This document shows positions 27,193-41,754 of a DNA stretch of 64,000 nt, one piece after another. Within the stretch, counting starts at the first letter, position 1, and every line of letters starts with the position of its first letter. Location: positions 20,088,001-20,152,000 of the forward strand of contig JAQFVV010000003.1 of NCBI GenBank assembly GCA_028023455.1, in the 5' to 3' direction. The notes under the pieces are model-generated. The model was not told the DNA's origin and did no database searches. It worked only from the letters and a program-made list of their open reading frames with translations. Both the position numbers and the translations under genes were made by a program. This stretch comes from Epiperipatus broadwayi. Taxonomy: Eukaryota > Animalia > Onychophora.

Positions 27193-27286
27193 TAATATTT
27201 ACTAAGGCTGTAACCTTAAGAATAAGGTCCCTACCTTTGAATTTTTCAGACACTTATTCCTAAGATTACAGCCTTAGTAAATATTA
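27193..27286. repeat. 34-bp-arm inverted repeat
   Basis: taatatttactaaggctgtaaccttaagaataag / cttattcctaagattacagccttagtaaatatta. Confidence 0.88.
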
Positions 27287-27882
27287 TTATCTCTATCTAA
27301 GAGTAATTGTTATTGACTTATTAACCCCTAATTTGATGATTAACTAGATTGGCTATAGATTAATTATCTAAAGCAAAAAAATCTTAAAACTGGCTTGGAA
27401 AATCTTCAACTACCTGAAAAAATTCCAAGTTTCATCAGAATTCAAATCCAATTTATTGGTATAACTATACACACATATCATTATAAATTAATATATTATT
27501 TTAGAAATTTGTCACTGACATATATATGGAAAAAGAAATATTGCTTAAAAATAATACAATCTAGAAAAACTTCTGTATATTTTTTTAATAATTGTAATAT
27601 GAAATACAATCATTTTTTAAAATTTATAAAAAAAATCACAACCAACTATAAATCTTATTTCTTCTTACAATGGTCAATGTCATCTAATAGTTTTTTTTTC
27701 TTCTTAAATAATTAACATTTTCAATCTAAATATCTTGAATATCATTCTGGAAGATGATGTTGAGATCACAGCCAATGGCATGGCTGCTGCACTATCTCCA
27801 CTGTAATTAACTGAATCCAATCTATCCAAATTTTTTACAATAATCACAATTTACTCCTCAGATCAGTATATCCTAGCCATTG

Positions 27883-28047
27883 TTATAATTCATCATGGAC
27901 AATGTCTTTACTCTTTTGTAATGCCTCTTGATATTTAGGATGGTTTAATACATGGTCCTCAGCAATTTCTATTAACCTCATAAATTCTGAAACGTCAAAT
28001 GCATAATTGGTGAATTTTGCATGGGCTCCTAATGTTGGGTGATGACC
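27883..28047 (-). CDS. EOGT: EOGT terminal coding exon (54 aa + stop)
   Basis: [54 protein letters not shown], the EOGT C-terminus with HDEL ER-retention signal. Acceptor aaatag, phase 0. Confidence 0.97.
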   Translation of the reverse strand, partial: GHHPTLGAHAKFTNYAFDVSEFMRLIEIAEDHVLNHPKYQEALQKSKDIVHDEL

Positions 28048-28102
28048 CTATTTGAAGGGAAAAACTAATTAAAACAGTAATAGCATTAATATATATCAAT
28101 GT

Positions 28103-29236
28103 TATATATGTAATCATGTAATTAAATATTAATAAATACAACTTTAAAAACTTATCCGCCTAGGAGCACTTTTGACTAGTATCATAGTGTATGTCAATTA
28201 AGTAATTCTTTTTAAGGTATCTTCCAACACACTTTCAAAGTCTAGCCTTCCCACAATTCATTAATTTTAACATTTGCCACCTATCTATTTATTAAGTCAT
28301 GCTTACATTTATATATTAACATAGTTTCCTTTATTTTCATTTTATTATTGTTTCTTTCAATTTGTAATATTTTCACATTATTATAGTCAAAATTAAAACT
28401 ATATATACATAACCTATTATGATCATAAAAAACTGATGTTGAAATGTTATCATTTCCATTACAAATTTGTTTAGTTTTAAAACTTTTTAATAACTGCAAG
28501 TGTTCTTTAGTTCTTTTCTCCAATGTACATCTTGATTCCCCTATATATACACTACCATATTTACATCTCCATTTATATATGATGCAATTTTGATTTAAAA
28601 ATGAAATGAAGTATTAGCTTTTGAATATTGCATTTTATGTACCTCCTAGTTTAAATAAAATAATAAATAATTCAAAAGCTAAAACTTCATTCTTAAATCA
28701 AAATTGCATCATATGTAAATGTGGTAGTGGATATATAGGGGAATCAAGATGTACATTGGAGAAAAGAACATTCACAGTTATTGAAAAGAGTTCAAAAAAC
28801 TAAACAAAATTGTAATGGAAATGATAATGTTTCAACATCAGTTTTTTATGATCATAATAGGTTATATGTATATGGTTTTAATTTTGACTATAATAATGTG
28901 AAAATATTACAAATTGAAAGAAGCAATAATAAAAGGAAAATAAAGGAAGCTATGTTAATATATAAATGTAAACATGATTTAATAAATAGATGTAGGTGGC
29001 AAATGTAAATATTAATGAATTGTGGGAAGGCTAGACTTTGAAAGCATGTTGAAAGATACCTTAAAAAATAATCAGACTAGATGACAATGAGTACAAAGCT
29101 AGTCGAAAGCACTCCTAGATGGATAAAAGATTTTAAAGTTGTACTTTAGTTATGTTACTGTACTTATTAATATTAAATTACAAGATTGAATATATAACTT
29201 TGAAGAAATACAGATATCAAATAAGAAAATCATTAC
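28103..29236. mobile_element. Penelope-like element 3' remnant as head-to-head inverted repeat (GIY-YIG endonuclease)
   Basis: CKCGSGYIGESRCTLEKRTKEH and FDYNNVKILQIE...KRKIKEAMLI on both arms (28281-28523 minus, 28621-29008 plus). Spacer ~28627-28669. Candidate TSD atatatatcaatgt at 28089-28102 and 29237-29250. Confidence 0.9.
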
Positions 29237-32200
29237 ATATATATCAATGTGCATGTGTTTATTATTTACAGTGTGATGATCAACCAGATGAGGAAGATTA
29301 ACTGATACGAAAAAAATAAAATCAACAATAAATAAAATTAAGATAATTAAAGTTTATACTTATCAATTTATTAACTTATACACTTTATACAATCATTATA
29401 TTTTCAAGCATATTTTTTACTACAGCACATTAATTATTCAATTTTAATATGTTTATTTTTGTTTCTTAGCTATTTATCAAGAATAATGACTTAAAAGAGT
29501 CAACTAAAACTACACTTGATTAGAAAATGTGTTTTTATGCTAAATAAATGTAAATACATTAATAAAAATGTATTTTATATTTATTCATTTTATTAAGAAC
29601 ACATAAACCTGAAAATTTATCAAATTATTATAGAACATTTGAACATCGCTCATGTATTTAAAGAAGGATATTAGAAATTCCAATATATATATATATATAA
29701 ACAAGTAGTAATAATATAATATTTTTAAATCCCTTTTATAATGGAAGAAAATATATATAAAACTTAATGACTGGCTAAATTAAGAGCTGACCAAGTTGTT
29801 ATATCTGAAGATCTTATAATTAATATATAAAGGTCATCCCAGAATAGAGACATAGATAAATTAATTGAATGGTGAATTAGGTCAAAATAAAGTGAAGTTA
29901 TCACCGAAGTTGTACTTTTCATGATTGAAGCAGTCAGATCATGTAGGATATTTTAATGATCATGTGTTCCTTGTTACTGAAAGTGATTTTTTTTTAAAAA
30001 TAAAAATACTTTAGATGGCTTTAAAATATCAACTTTGAAGAAACTTTTAAGGAAGTTTAGAAAAGAGGTTTTAATTTCATGGAATGTTCAATAAATTATA
30101 GAAGGTTGGAGATACTTCACATATCATCCATAGTCAAATAGTATAACGAAAAAGGCTATGCAGCAATTAAAGGTGACACTGAAAAAAATGAGAGTGAGTA
30201 AAATAAAATACATAAAATTATGTATTTCACTTTGCCATCAACATACAACTTTCTCAATGGTAATGAGAATTAACGAATGGGTAGAAAACTATATAGTAAA
30301 TTATCATTTTTAGTGCCAATTATCAAAAAAGATAAAAAGTTATAATAATATAAAAATTTAAATAAATAACCTCATCGATAAGAGACAGATTAAGAGGAAA
30401 ATGAATTTTAAAAAAAAAATTAAGAAGATAATATTCAGAAGTATTGTGGTAGTAAGAATGCAAATAAAATAGTCTGTAAGCCAATCATGCTATGTATGAT
30501 TTCTATCCACTGTCCTTGTATAAACTGTAATTTTATTTTCCTCATACTGATATAGTGAAACTTAAGACTGAATTGCAATAGTAGCAAAACTTACCTTTAG
30601 TAAAGAAAATATTTCAAAGGATGACTAATTTTTTGCAGTAAATCTAAATATTAAAAATGATATCAAACATAAAATGTTTGTGACTTAATTATGCCATATT
30701 TAGCTTTGAGTAACAATTTTTTTTTTTATGCTTAAGACTATTCACAAATTGCTTGTGTCAATGCATCTTTGCATTTGTAATTAAAATATTTGAATTAATA
30801 TTGTATAATACAATCACTTACTAATTTAAAAAAAAATTATAATTTTTTTTTATAAGATTTATAATAAAAAAAATTATATAAAGTACAGGCTTTTACCATT
30901 GGGGCCTTTAAATAGTCAGGTCCTGAATATACTGCATCTTTGCATCCTCAGATTGTGTCCCTGAGAATGACAACCCTTGTTTATAAATGTTTGTCAATGA
31001 TAATTTATTACCTTGGATAATTTATTACTAGAGTTTTGAAATATGGTTATAATCTGTTATATTTTGGAAAGAATATTGCTTTAGTAACTTAATAAGTTAT
31101 AACACTAGGATTTGTGATTCCATAAAAATTGAAAAGAATAGAAACTTAAATATAGAACGATATTGTAAGATAAAAGAAATGTGAATAATCATGCTGGAAA
31201 GGCTTAATGGATTTAAGCATAGAAAAGGCTAGTATTCTTTAATTAGAGCATTAAGCTATTTTAAAGTAATTAAAGAATACAGAGGAAAGGTCAGTTTAAT
31301 CAATATTTGAAAGACTAATTGCAGGTGAAAGGAGTGTACACTGATGTAATTTGTGAAAAGACACATTACTGGAGAGGGGGGAATAGCTTAATGCAATTAG
31401 TTATCTTTTATAATAATTAATACCAGATATTAAACTGCAAAAATGTATAAATAATGTGCTGAAAAGAGCAGGAGCTTTTTTGTACCCTTCGTGTGATAGT
31501 GCTGTTGGTGTTGCATTGTGGGACATCAGGAGAAAGCATCCAAAGAAAAAGCTGTTTGAAAAGTTGTAGCAAGTTTTCTTCTGCAAGGGATGTCATCCCA
31601 GAGACTGAGCCTCTGTAGGTGCCAACAGCCAGCTAGGGAACTTAAACAGACCACACCGGTCTTATTTTTATTTGTGTACACCTGATAAGGCTCATGAGAA
31701 CTGTGCAGAGTCAGACTGTGAGTATAAACAATTTTTTTTAAGTATTTAATACTCAGGTCTAAAAATAGTGAAGACAGTAGTTAGTTTTTAGCTGTGGGGA
31801 ATATTAGCATTTAGTGGGAAATAATCCTTCAATTCAAGGACTGATTTGATCACGTTAGTAAATGAAGAACTTTGGGAAGTTATATGTGTGGAAATAACTG
31901 CCGAGTGGTCAGTTGTTAGTGGTCATTGGAATTATTAAAGATGCAATTGTATATAATGTGTTATGTATATTAATATAAAATAAATAAATGTTCATCTTTT
32001 ATTTGATGATGTTTTTTAAAAAGTTATAGTCTACAATTTTATTGGCATTCAGCTTCATGGGTTGAATACACAACATAATCAGAGAGAATAAAAAAATATA
32101 ATTATCTATGTTTCTCAAACTAATGGTTAATTTCCTTTTGAAGAAATTTAAATTATTTTAAGATATAGCTATGGAATATTATATTGATTAATAATTTTAC

Positions 32201-33635
32201 CCATTATAATATTTTTAAAATAATTTATTTGTTATTAATAGTTTAATATATATTATTCAATTTAGTAATATATATTAGATTGCTTTTTTGGACATTTAGC
32301 CATTTAGAAATATATATATACATTTATTAAAGTTTATTATTATTTTAAATTACAATGCATATATTATCTGATATAATTGAAAATACATATATCAGAATAG
32401 ATAATAAAAGTTAGTGTAAATGTTTGCAGTAATGAGTGATTAATTCATTATTATAACAAATCTAACATTTCAAAGATGTTTAGTGGGTAAATTTAAATTT
32501 TAGATAGTAGAACCTAGGTTTTAATCTCAAAACTATATAAAAATCAGAATCTTATTGAAGATACTTTGTATATATAAATGAAAGTATATGCCCAAACCCT
32601 TGCATGTAACTCATAGTTCAATTTACAAGATATATGCTATGATTATTCCAATATATTAATGAATTTTATATTTAGCAACAGATTGTTTCTGTGAACAAAT
32701 CAATGAAGTTTGGAATCTAAAATAACTTGATCCATTATTGTTGTTTTCTGATCATATTTTTTTATCAAAATTTACCAAAGTAACAGTATCTGAGAAGGTT
32801 GTTATATGTTATAAATATACATGTTAAGTGATGTTGTAATTTACATAGAAAGTGCATAAAAGATATGTCCTTGAAGACATGGTGGCTGTCATGAATAATT
32901 GCAAGTTTAGGAATGAAGAATGCACATTCTAACTCGAAAAAACATTCAATTTGTTTTAATTTCAATGTACATTATTTTGCACAATTTTATAAAAATAAAA
33001 AAATGAATTTTTATCCTTGATCAATCAAGTATACTGCACATATTAGCAGAACGAGTGAAGCTATTAAACTGATAAGATTGATCTCACTTATTAATAAGAT
33101 AACATTCAATCAATTATGAAAACAAATTACTTAAAAACTCAAGTGCCAAAGCTGTGGATAGAAACATAGATCAACATCTAGGTATGATGACCACGTTCTT
33201 CAGCAATAAGTGATAGCCAGTAAAACTTATTATGTAGCTTGATTAAGAATACCAAGTTCATTATGCTCTTACTACTGCAGTTAGGCTGATGCAAATCAAC
33301 ACAGTTATTACCACTGATAAGACAATGTTTAAAGGTAAAAAAAAAAATGGATTGCTGTACAAATCTGGTCTTCAAGCCAATATTTGTTTGCATAATTTGT
33401 ATGTACTGGAAAATTATTATTTTGAAATCTGATTCAAAATATTCAAATCTGCAGCTACAGTGTGTTCAAAAAAATGGAATATGGCTGCCCAAATCATGAC
33501 AGTTCTAGTATCATGTTTCATAATTGGGAGAAGATATCATTTTATATCGAGAATCGAAATTTATTAGACTTTATATCATTAAAAAGCATAATTAAAATAG
33601 GTAAACTTTTTTTTAAAAAATTGATTTATATTTAC

Positions 33636-33738
33636 CTCATCTTCCTGAATTAACTTATCTTTTTTTTCCCATGTTATATATTTGACGCCTCTTAGGCGGG
33701 CCAAGTCTAAATAGCAAGAATCATCTTCACAATTATAA
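33636..33738 (-). CDS. EOGT: EOGT coding exon (103 nt)
   Basis: 1 nt + [34 protein letters not shown], matching EOGT '[23 protein letters not shown]'. AG acceptor and GT donor; phases consistent on both sides. Confidence 0.96.
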
Positions 33739-36700
33739 CTAAAAAAATTAAAATTATTATTAATTTCATTATATATCTAGCATTAACTAACTATGCAGTA
33801 AATTGTTGAATAAAACTCATAATATATAACAATTTTAGTGTGTGTGAATATGCATACATACATATACGTAATAATTTCATCTATCAAGCAAAATATAAAA
33901 CGTCATAAATAAATTACCATTCTCTTATTCTAGCCATTCATCAAAAAATTAAAATGGGCTTCAGATATATAGGATTGAGTTTTAGAGGCCCCCATATATT
34001 CATCATCTGTGGAAAAAACAAGGGCTCATCATTCAATAAAAATCATAATATTACATGCTTGTAAGTTATTTAAAAAAATTTTCGTGGTTAACTAGAGTAC
34101 GAGGTTTGATAACTTTTTTGTATTATATATATGCCAAATGGATTAGTAGACTTCTTTTGTAAAAATAGGCAAAAGACCATTCGTACAAAGAAAGAATGAT
34201 AGGTTAACATTTTTGGCTGAAATAGTAAAATGTCCATGTATATAAAACCATATATGCAAATAAAAGATCATTTGTTTTTGCAAATACACATAGATTTCTT
34301 CATTTTAATAACATTCCCTTTATCAAAGAAAATTACTCTAGAAATACACTTGAGAGATCATCCCAAATTATAGATTAAATTAGAATAAAATCGGTATGCA
34401 AATAAAGCTAGTTGCATACAAATTAGATATAAGATACCCCCATTGTAATTGAAGAAAAAGGAAGGAAGTAGTTAAAATGGTTAAAGTTAGTATTGAAGTT
34501 CTAATAGATCTGCAGTAAAGAGTGGCCAATGATAGACTAGATTGACTAGCAGAAATTAAGTCTAAAATCGAATAGTAGTAAGTGAGAAGCAATACATGTT
34601 TGTGAATAGAAAAGATTATTACTAGCGAAGGGTAATTAATAGATGTTTGACCAAACAGCAGGAGAGAAGTTGGTAGAATAAATGTATAAATTGTGTGTGG
34701 CAATGTAAGCAGTGAGATTGTAAACTTTAATAGTTTATTCGATACATTAAATTATATATGCTCATTTGTGTTATAAGAGACATTTGATTTGAAAGCACAC
34801 ATAATAATTGGATTACTCCTGGTGTGAAAGAAGACTATTTTGATCCAATGAAAATAGTGTATCAATATTAATGAACTATTAGCTTTTTATGTTATTTTAT
34901 CACATTTTTATTGTTATTAAATAAATCTTGTTATATGTGCATTCTGAAGTACTGTACATTGTTTATTAAGACACAGAAAATAATTACATATGGAATTAAT
35001 CTTACTTGAAACTGTGATAATATTTCAGTCTTTTCAATTTCTTGCATGGTTTAATTCATGGAATGCAACTCAATTCTATTATTTCTAGTGCTTGAATTTC
35101 ATGCAAAATTCAGATGAAAAACATTAAATTATTTGACTTTTTCAAGGTAATAGTGATTGAATTATGAAAAAAAATAAAAAGATAAATTTCAAAATAACAA
35201 ATCACATCATATCTCTCAGTCTGAAAGTGAAGAGAATTACAAATGGTTCTTTATAAACATATTACAATTTTGCCATATTTTATTTCCTCTTTCTTCATTT
35301 GTTTATTTTGAAATTTAATGCTATTTTTAAGACTATAAAGTTATATTTGGATTTTCTTTTAAAATCAAATTGTGACAAAGATTACTAAAATGTTATCAAA
35401 ATGGCAAACAATTTCAGATGCCATGCATAATCTAAAACAATCAGATTAGTCTATCTAATTACTAACATGAATAGTCTCTTACCTGCCATTAGAAACATAA
35501 ATGCCCGAAGAAACAATGTTTACTATTAACAAAAATATTCATACCAATTTATATGTAACAAAGACTTTGATAAATCAGACATTATGTAAATAAGATTAAT
35601 AATAATAATGAAAGGGTAACTCACCCAGGAGATTATGATAGTTTGAACTTTGATCACTTTATTGCTACACTAAATTACACAAATCAATGTATGTGGATAA
35701 TATTGGCAGTTTTCTATGAGAAACCAGATATAACCTATCACTTTTAATTAAAATACAATCATTCACATATAAAGAACATTAGCACTCATAATTAATTTAT
35801 TGTTTTGAAAATTAAATGAGATAAGCCACATGCTTGTCTAAGACAGTTAATTTGTATAATTTCTTCAGCTGCCACATTTAATTTCACATTGAGCATGCAT
35901 ATATTCTTTCTATGGGAATATATTCTTTCTATGGGAATATATATATATATATATATATATATGACTTATTTATGCACAATATAAATAAATATTTCATATA
36001 AAGATTGCTCTATCTAGAGGAAAATCTAGCCAAATGAAATAAGTATTGCAATATTCTGCCTATGATGTCTATAATTAGGGTTTTCAGCTAGCTAACTCTT
36101 TTAGAGTTTACAAGCAAGAAAAACTGCAAAAAAACTCACCTTATCATGTGCTTAGTTTGGTGAGATATTATCTTAGTTCTTTACTATTTCTTTATGAAGA
36201 AATACCAGAGAGATTTTTGCCCTGTAATAAGCTATTTAAATGAAAGTAAACCAGTAGTATCTGTAGTCTGTTTAAAAAAGCAGAGCAGACTCAATCAGTG
36301 TTTTTCCATAAGATTTTGCATGCCCATGGATCAACTAGATATATTCATTATTTTATTCCCAACCCAATGACTTTTTACAGTATTTTTAAGTCAATCAAAG
36401 AGATGGTATCTAAACAAAGTGCAATGCAATTACTGTAAATAAAAAATATTGTAAAATCTTGAATTCTTATAAAAATTATATCTGTCAATATCACAGCATG
36501 AGAAGTAATTATATCTTCTTCTAGCATAAATTATTGGCATTCATTATCAGTTTTTGATATTTCACAGTAATGAATTCTATTTACTATCAAAACCATTCTG
36601 ACCCAACATTTCATTATCAAATCCACTTTCCATCAAAAAAAAAGAGACAAGAATCATCATTCTACCTGATTATGAATAGCTAATGGAGTTTTTATAACTG

Positions 36701-37349
36701 ACTTTGATGGTAGCTATGGGGTATCTATGTATCATCTTCAAGAATAAAGCATTTCATACTGTCACTAATGTATTTTAAAATAATATTTGGAACTGTCAAA
36801 TTCATTTTGCAATAATCTTACAAAAGCCAAAATTGTCAAGATGCTTCTTACATACAGAAATCTTTGAATTTCTTATTAGATAAAAACCCACTTTATATAT
36901 GGTCAAGTTTATATATCGGAACTACATAATCTTTGTTTCAGTATTAATGGATCTACATTTCTGATATAACTTCAATTAAAAAAAAAAGAACCAGCCAATA
37001 GCATATCAAAACTTAACTAGACTAGTTTGGACATATATTGCAATAACTATAGAGAAATGGATGCGTGCCAATATATTACAACCACTGTGAACAATTGGAA
37101 AATATATATATATGAACACTAAAATTATTACCATAAACAGATATATAAAAAATCTTACAAGAGCTATCAAATAAAAACATGAAGTTTTAAGATAAATACT
37201 AAAAAGATTAAAGTAATGTTCTATGTATTTTCAAAAAGTAAAAAATAAAGATTGATCATAATGGATTAAAAAAAAAACCCCATTATAAACATCTTATCAA
37301 AACCCTAATATATATAGAAACAGTCAATGAAATTAATCATAAATTTAAA

Positions 37350-37800
37350 CCTATATAAGTGCTTTTGTTAGAAATAATATTATTAAACAAAATTTGCCTA
37401 CATATTTTGAAAAGGAAAGCTTTTTTTAATAAATGTTTACCAATATGTATTTATGAATCAGAAATTTGGATACTTAACAGAAAAGTAGTACAGAGACTGA
37501 AACCATACAGAGAAGTATTATATTATCATTAATAAGACAAAAAACAAAAGCAAAATGATGAAAGAGTAAACAAATATAATTGATAACATTAGAGGCTAAA
37601 ATGAATCTGGAATAAACATATCAATAGATTACAAGTAGGTGACTAAAGTTTTAAACTGGATAACAAAAATTTGTAAAAGATTTAGAAAAAGATCATATGA
37701 ATTAGATGAGATGAGAATGTTAGAGTAATGTGAAAAAGATAAACACTAGAAAAAAAAAAATAGAGGATTAGTCTGAAAAAAATCTTCATTCAGCAATATG
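37350..37800 (+). mobile_element. RTE-like LINE RT C-terminal remnant
   Basis: KRKAFFN...YESEIWILN-type motif (~37410-37475). Confidence 0.55.
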
Positions 37801-38094
37801 ATAATGGTTATAAATAATGATGATAATATATATATATATGAGAGCTGACTAAAAAAAATTCGAATAAAACAGTGCTTCATGGAGATGTTTCCAAATACAA
37901 TCTATTTCTTAGGCAATGTCCATTCATTAATTATTCATTGATATAAAAATAAAATGTTAATACATTTTGATTAGATCTCAGTGTATGTCTGCAAATAGCT
38001 CAATTTAAGATTGGATGAGAAAATAACCAGTCAAACAGCATTATTATTGATAAAAAAAAAAAATCTATCATAAAAATAAATGTAAGTACAAGGA

Positions 38095-38330
38095 ATATAA
38101 TTCCAAAAATATAGAGATAAGTAATAGTTAATAAATAGCAGTATAATCTAAATGCATTTTTGATGCTGAACACCTTTGTTAAAGGCAATAGACATAAAAT
38201 TTATATACCATCATATAATTCCAAAAATATAGAGATAAGTAATAGTTAATAAATAGCAGTATAATCTAAATGCATTTTTGATGCTGAACACCTTTGTTAA
38301 AGGCAATAGACATAAAATTTATATACCATC
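38095..38330. repeat. Perfect 2 x 118-bp tandem duplication
   Basis: Units start at 38095 and 38213. Confidence 0.95.
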
Positions 38331-38668
38331 TAATACATGAAACCACAACATGGAAGTTATGAAATCATCAGTCTAATTGTGCATGTTTATTAAATACTAT
38401 TTATCTCTGTATTTTTGGAAATAATATATTTGTGTTTATATTATTACTGATAATGATTTTAAATATATAACTTGATAATATTGATATCTAAACTTTAAAC
38501 AGAAAACATATGTAACCATATATGATAGAAAAACTATGAATCAGAAAACTGCAATGGATTGATAAAAAATTTAATAGATTGTTAATATATTTCTATTGCA
38601 AGATAGAATTCAATACATATTAGCAATATCATTCAATCCACTATTTTGCATAATACATAAAAAAAAAA

Positions 38669-38730
38669 TGGTTTCATGGCATAATGGTTAGTGTCAATCT
38701 AGCCATGCTCATGATATGGAGTTCAAGGAT
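38669..38730 (+). mobile_element. Possible decayed tRNA-derived SINE head
   Basis: A-box-like tggcataatggtt and B-box-like gagttcaag at tRNA-like spacing; no cloverleaf. Confidence 0.3.
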
Positions 38731-39959
38731 AGATGAAACATAAAAAAAATTTTCAAATAGCTCAAGATTATATAAGAGTGACCGCTCTTGTCTTTTAAAG
38801 TTGTTAATCGTGCTAAAGGTGCATAGTCTTAAGGTTATAGCCTTAATATATATTGCTTGGGTAATGAATATGTGCTTAACAAATTATTAGTTACAACTTT
38901 AAATTGTAATAAAAGATGTTTTTCCCTCTGACAATTCAATTATCTAGATAATTATTGAATGGAAAATGAATAGCCATTTTTGCTCAGAGAGTAAAATAAG
39001 GGCAAAGTACCGACTAAAAGCCTCACCAAATAATAAAAGACTAACTTGGTGAGCAATATATTTTCATTTACGTTTTCTCTGTGGAAGGATGCTGCTTTAT
39101 CCTGCAGTTATGGGTGTCATATATGTATAGATAGAAAATGAGAGAGAGAGAAGAATTCTCATGTTTTTTTTTCTCAGAATAGCAATTATTAAATTTATTA
39201 AAAGAATAATTTATTAAATGATAATATGACAAATTTCAGACATTTTAAAATAATAAGAATATGAATAATCATCAATGTCTGTTAAGAGTAGTTGCAAATG
39301 AGAAAAAAAGTATAAGTGGGGAAAAAAGAATAAAATAAATATTTGTTTTTTCCTCTCTTCAATATTTTATTTATCTAAATGTTTATCAATTTAAAAAAAA
39401 TTAAAATATTAATATTCTTTTTTAAAGAAGGTTGATTTTAATTAATTAAAATTGATTTTTTTTTTCTTTTCTCTTTACCTCTATAAAGAGATGAAAAATG
39501 TTTTACAAAATTAAAAAACTATCCTATTTCCAATAATTAAAAAAATAACTACAGAGAAAATTTTCGATAATTAGGTTATAATTGGAACTCTTAATTAAAA
39601 AAAAGAGAAAATCAACTGATTAGGTTTTAATGTTATCACTTCTGAGATAGTATGTGATTGGATAGATAATGATTGTTTTAAAAAACATAGGAGGGGAAAT
39701 AGTAGACTTTAGCAACCAGTCAGTAACAGTCATTCTAGGTCCAGATGTTGAAAAAAGAACAGCTGTAGCAGCTTAACTCTTGAAAGGAAAACAATGAGAT
39801 GTTAAGCCTGTAATCTAAAGTAAAATAGACCTCATTTCTAGTTTTCAAAAATGATTCTTGAAATGGAGTAAAAGAAAACCATGGGTTAAGCTTTAGCTAA
39901 AAGCTAAGCTTCACCAATCCAACAGATAACCTGTGCCCATCCAAAATCATGAATGTTTC

Positions 39960-40370
39960 AGCTTATGCTAATGTGTCCTAGAAATCTGTTTATCTGGAAA
40001 ATATTATCACATTTCAAATTGAAAACTTGAAGCTACAAAAAAAAAATTAATGGGAGAACTTTTAAAGAAAATAATGTATAAATTCACCTTGAGTTAATCT
40101 ACCCCAGAAATTGCTATTATCATTTTAAATTGAAAACTTGAAGCTACAAAAAGAAGTTAATGGAAGAACTTTTAATGAAATAATGATTAAATTTAGCCTA
40201 TGCTAACCTGACCTGGAAACACTGCGGTAACCTGAAAACTATCATATTGTAAAATAGATAAGTTTAGCTTATGTTAACATTCTCTGGAAATTATTGTCCT
40301 AATTTTAACCAGAACACTTGAATCTACACAAGGACAGCTAACCTGAAAAGAAACTGAAAATTATGACTAC
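39960..40370. repeat. Degenerate ~110-bp tandem repeat with taacct motifs
   Basis: aaattgaaaacttgaagctacaaaaa at 40016 and 40127. Confidence 0.65.
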
Positions 40371-41754
40371 AACAGGACTAAATGAAAAACCATAGCAAAA
40401 TCGATAGTTGGTGTATATATATCTTCATTTACACCTTTTCATTTATATATATTTAAAATATTTTTTAATATAAGAAGTATTTGATAGCAATGAACAATTT
40501 TGATTTAAGTTTTTAGTTGAAACATCATTTTTTTTAATTTTTCTTCTCAAAATGTTAAAATGTAGATGACCTTCCCATTTTCATAAGAAAAGGGGAAGTG
40601 TTTTTTTTATCTAAAGTTACATTTTTTTATTGTGAAATGATGCTTTCAAATTTAATCACCATAATTATTAAAGAAATGAGTTAAAGAGAAAGTTAATTAA
40701 GTAATAAAACTCGACATATAACCTTATTTGTTTTATGAAATCATATTTCTTATATAGAATATGTATTAGTTTTGAAATGGTTATAGTATCATATTTTTCT
40801 GAATTCATTATTAATTAATTTTATGAAATAATTCTTTAAAATAATTTCTGAAATTATGTTTTTCATGTGCTGATGGCTTAATTCCTCCAGCTATCTGTTC
40901 TTTGAATTGGCAATGTATATGTGACTTGATTTCTTCATAACATTATGATTTAAGGAATTTGTAAATTATCCCAATAAAATTATTTAAGATATTATGGATT
41001 AAACTTATGCATTTGTATTTTCTCTTGTTCACTGTCATAGTCCTAGGAGACTTGTGATCCTGAACTAGTTAATGAACAATAATGATTAATTTATGTAAAT
41101 GTAGGGATTTATTTGTGTTTGGACATCAGGCTAGTTATTTGGATGACTTAAGATCATCTTTAAAGCCCATTCACTGGACTGTATTTGTATAGATTTGAAA
41201 TAAATTTATACATGGTCAGTACATTCATGGTACCATATGGATAGAGCATCGATGATCAGCATGTATCAAAATTCCAGTATTTCTATTATATATTAGCACT
41301 CATATATGTGAGTGCAGGTGAAAGTATAATGATTATTTTATATGCCCTAAGTTTGCCATTGGTTAGACAATTAGCCTATATTTTGATATTGAATGCCTTT
41401 TAGATTGAGGCAAAGGGATGTTTGATGATCAACCTTGTTTAGTGTTGGTAATGTAACTTATTATTATAACTATTTGTTTTATTCATTCTCTAATGTTTCT
41501 TTTAAATTTGTTACTTAAACAGTGACTTATAATAAAAGGTGACTTCTTCCTCTGTTAACTCAATTATATTGAAAAATAACTATCCATTTTTCTCAGAAGG
41601 TAAAATAAGAAGAAAATATCCACTAAAATCCTCAGCAAATATTAAAAGACTAGCTTGAAAAACAATATATTTTCCTTTATTCTTTTTTTATGGAAAAATG
41701 CTGCTTTACCCTGCAGTGGATTAAGACTGTTTTATATTTTACATATATATATAT

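Noticed and set aside
29272-29301. Plus-strand mini-exon CDDQPDEED*
   Set aside because: Only an acceptor-like site and 9 codons; no partner exons identified.
30900-30970. Extra EOGT exon resembling NCED
   Set aside because: It needs a frameshift, and the true YNCED exon is at 33636-33738.
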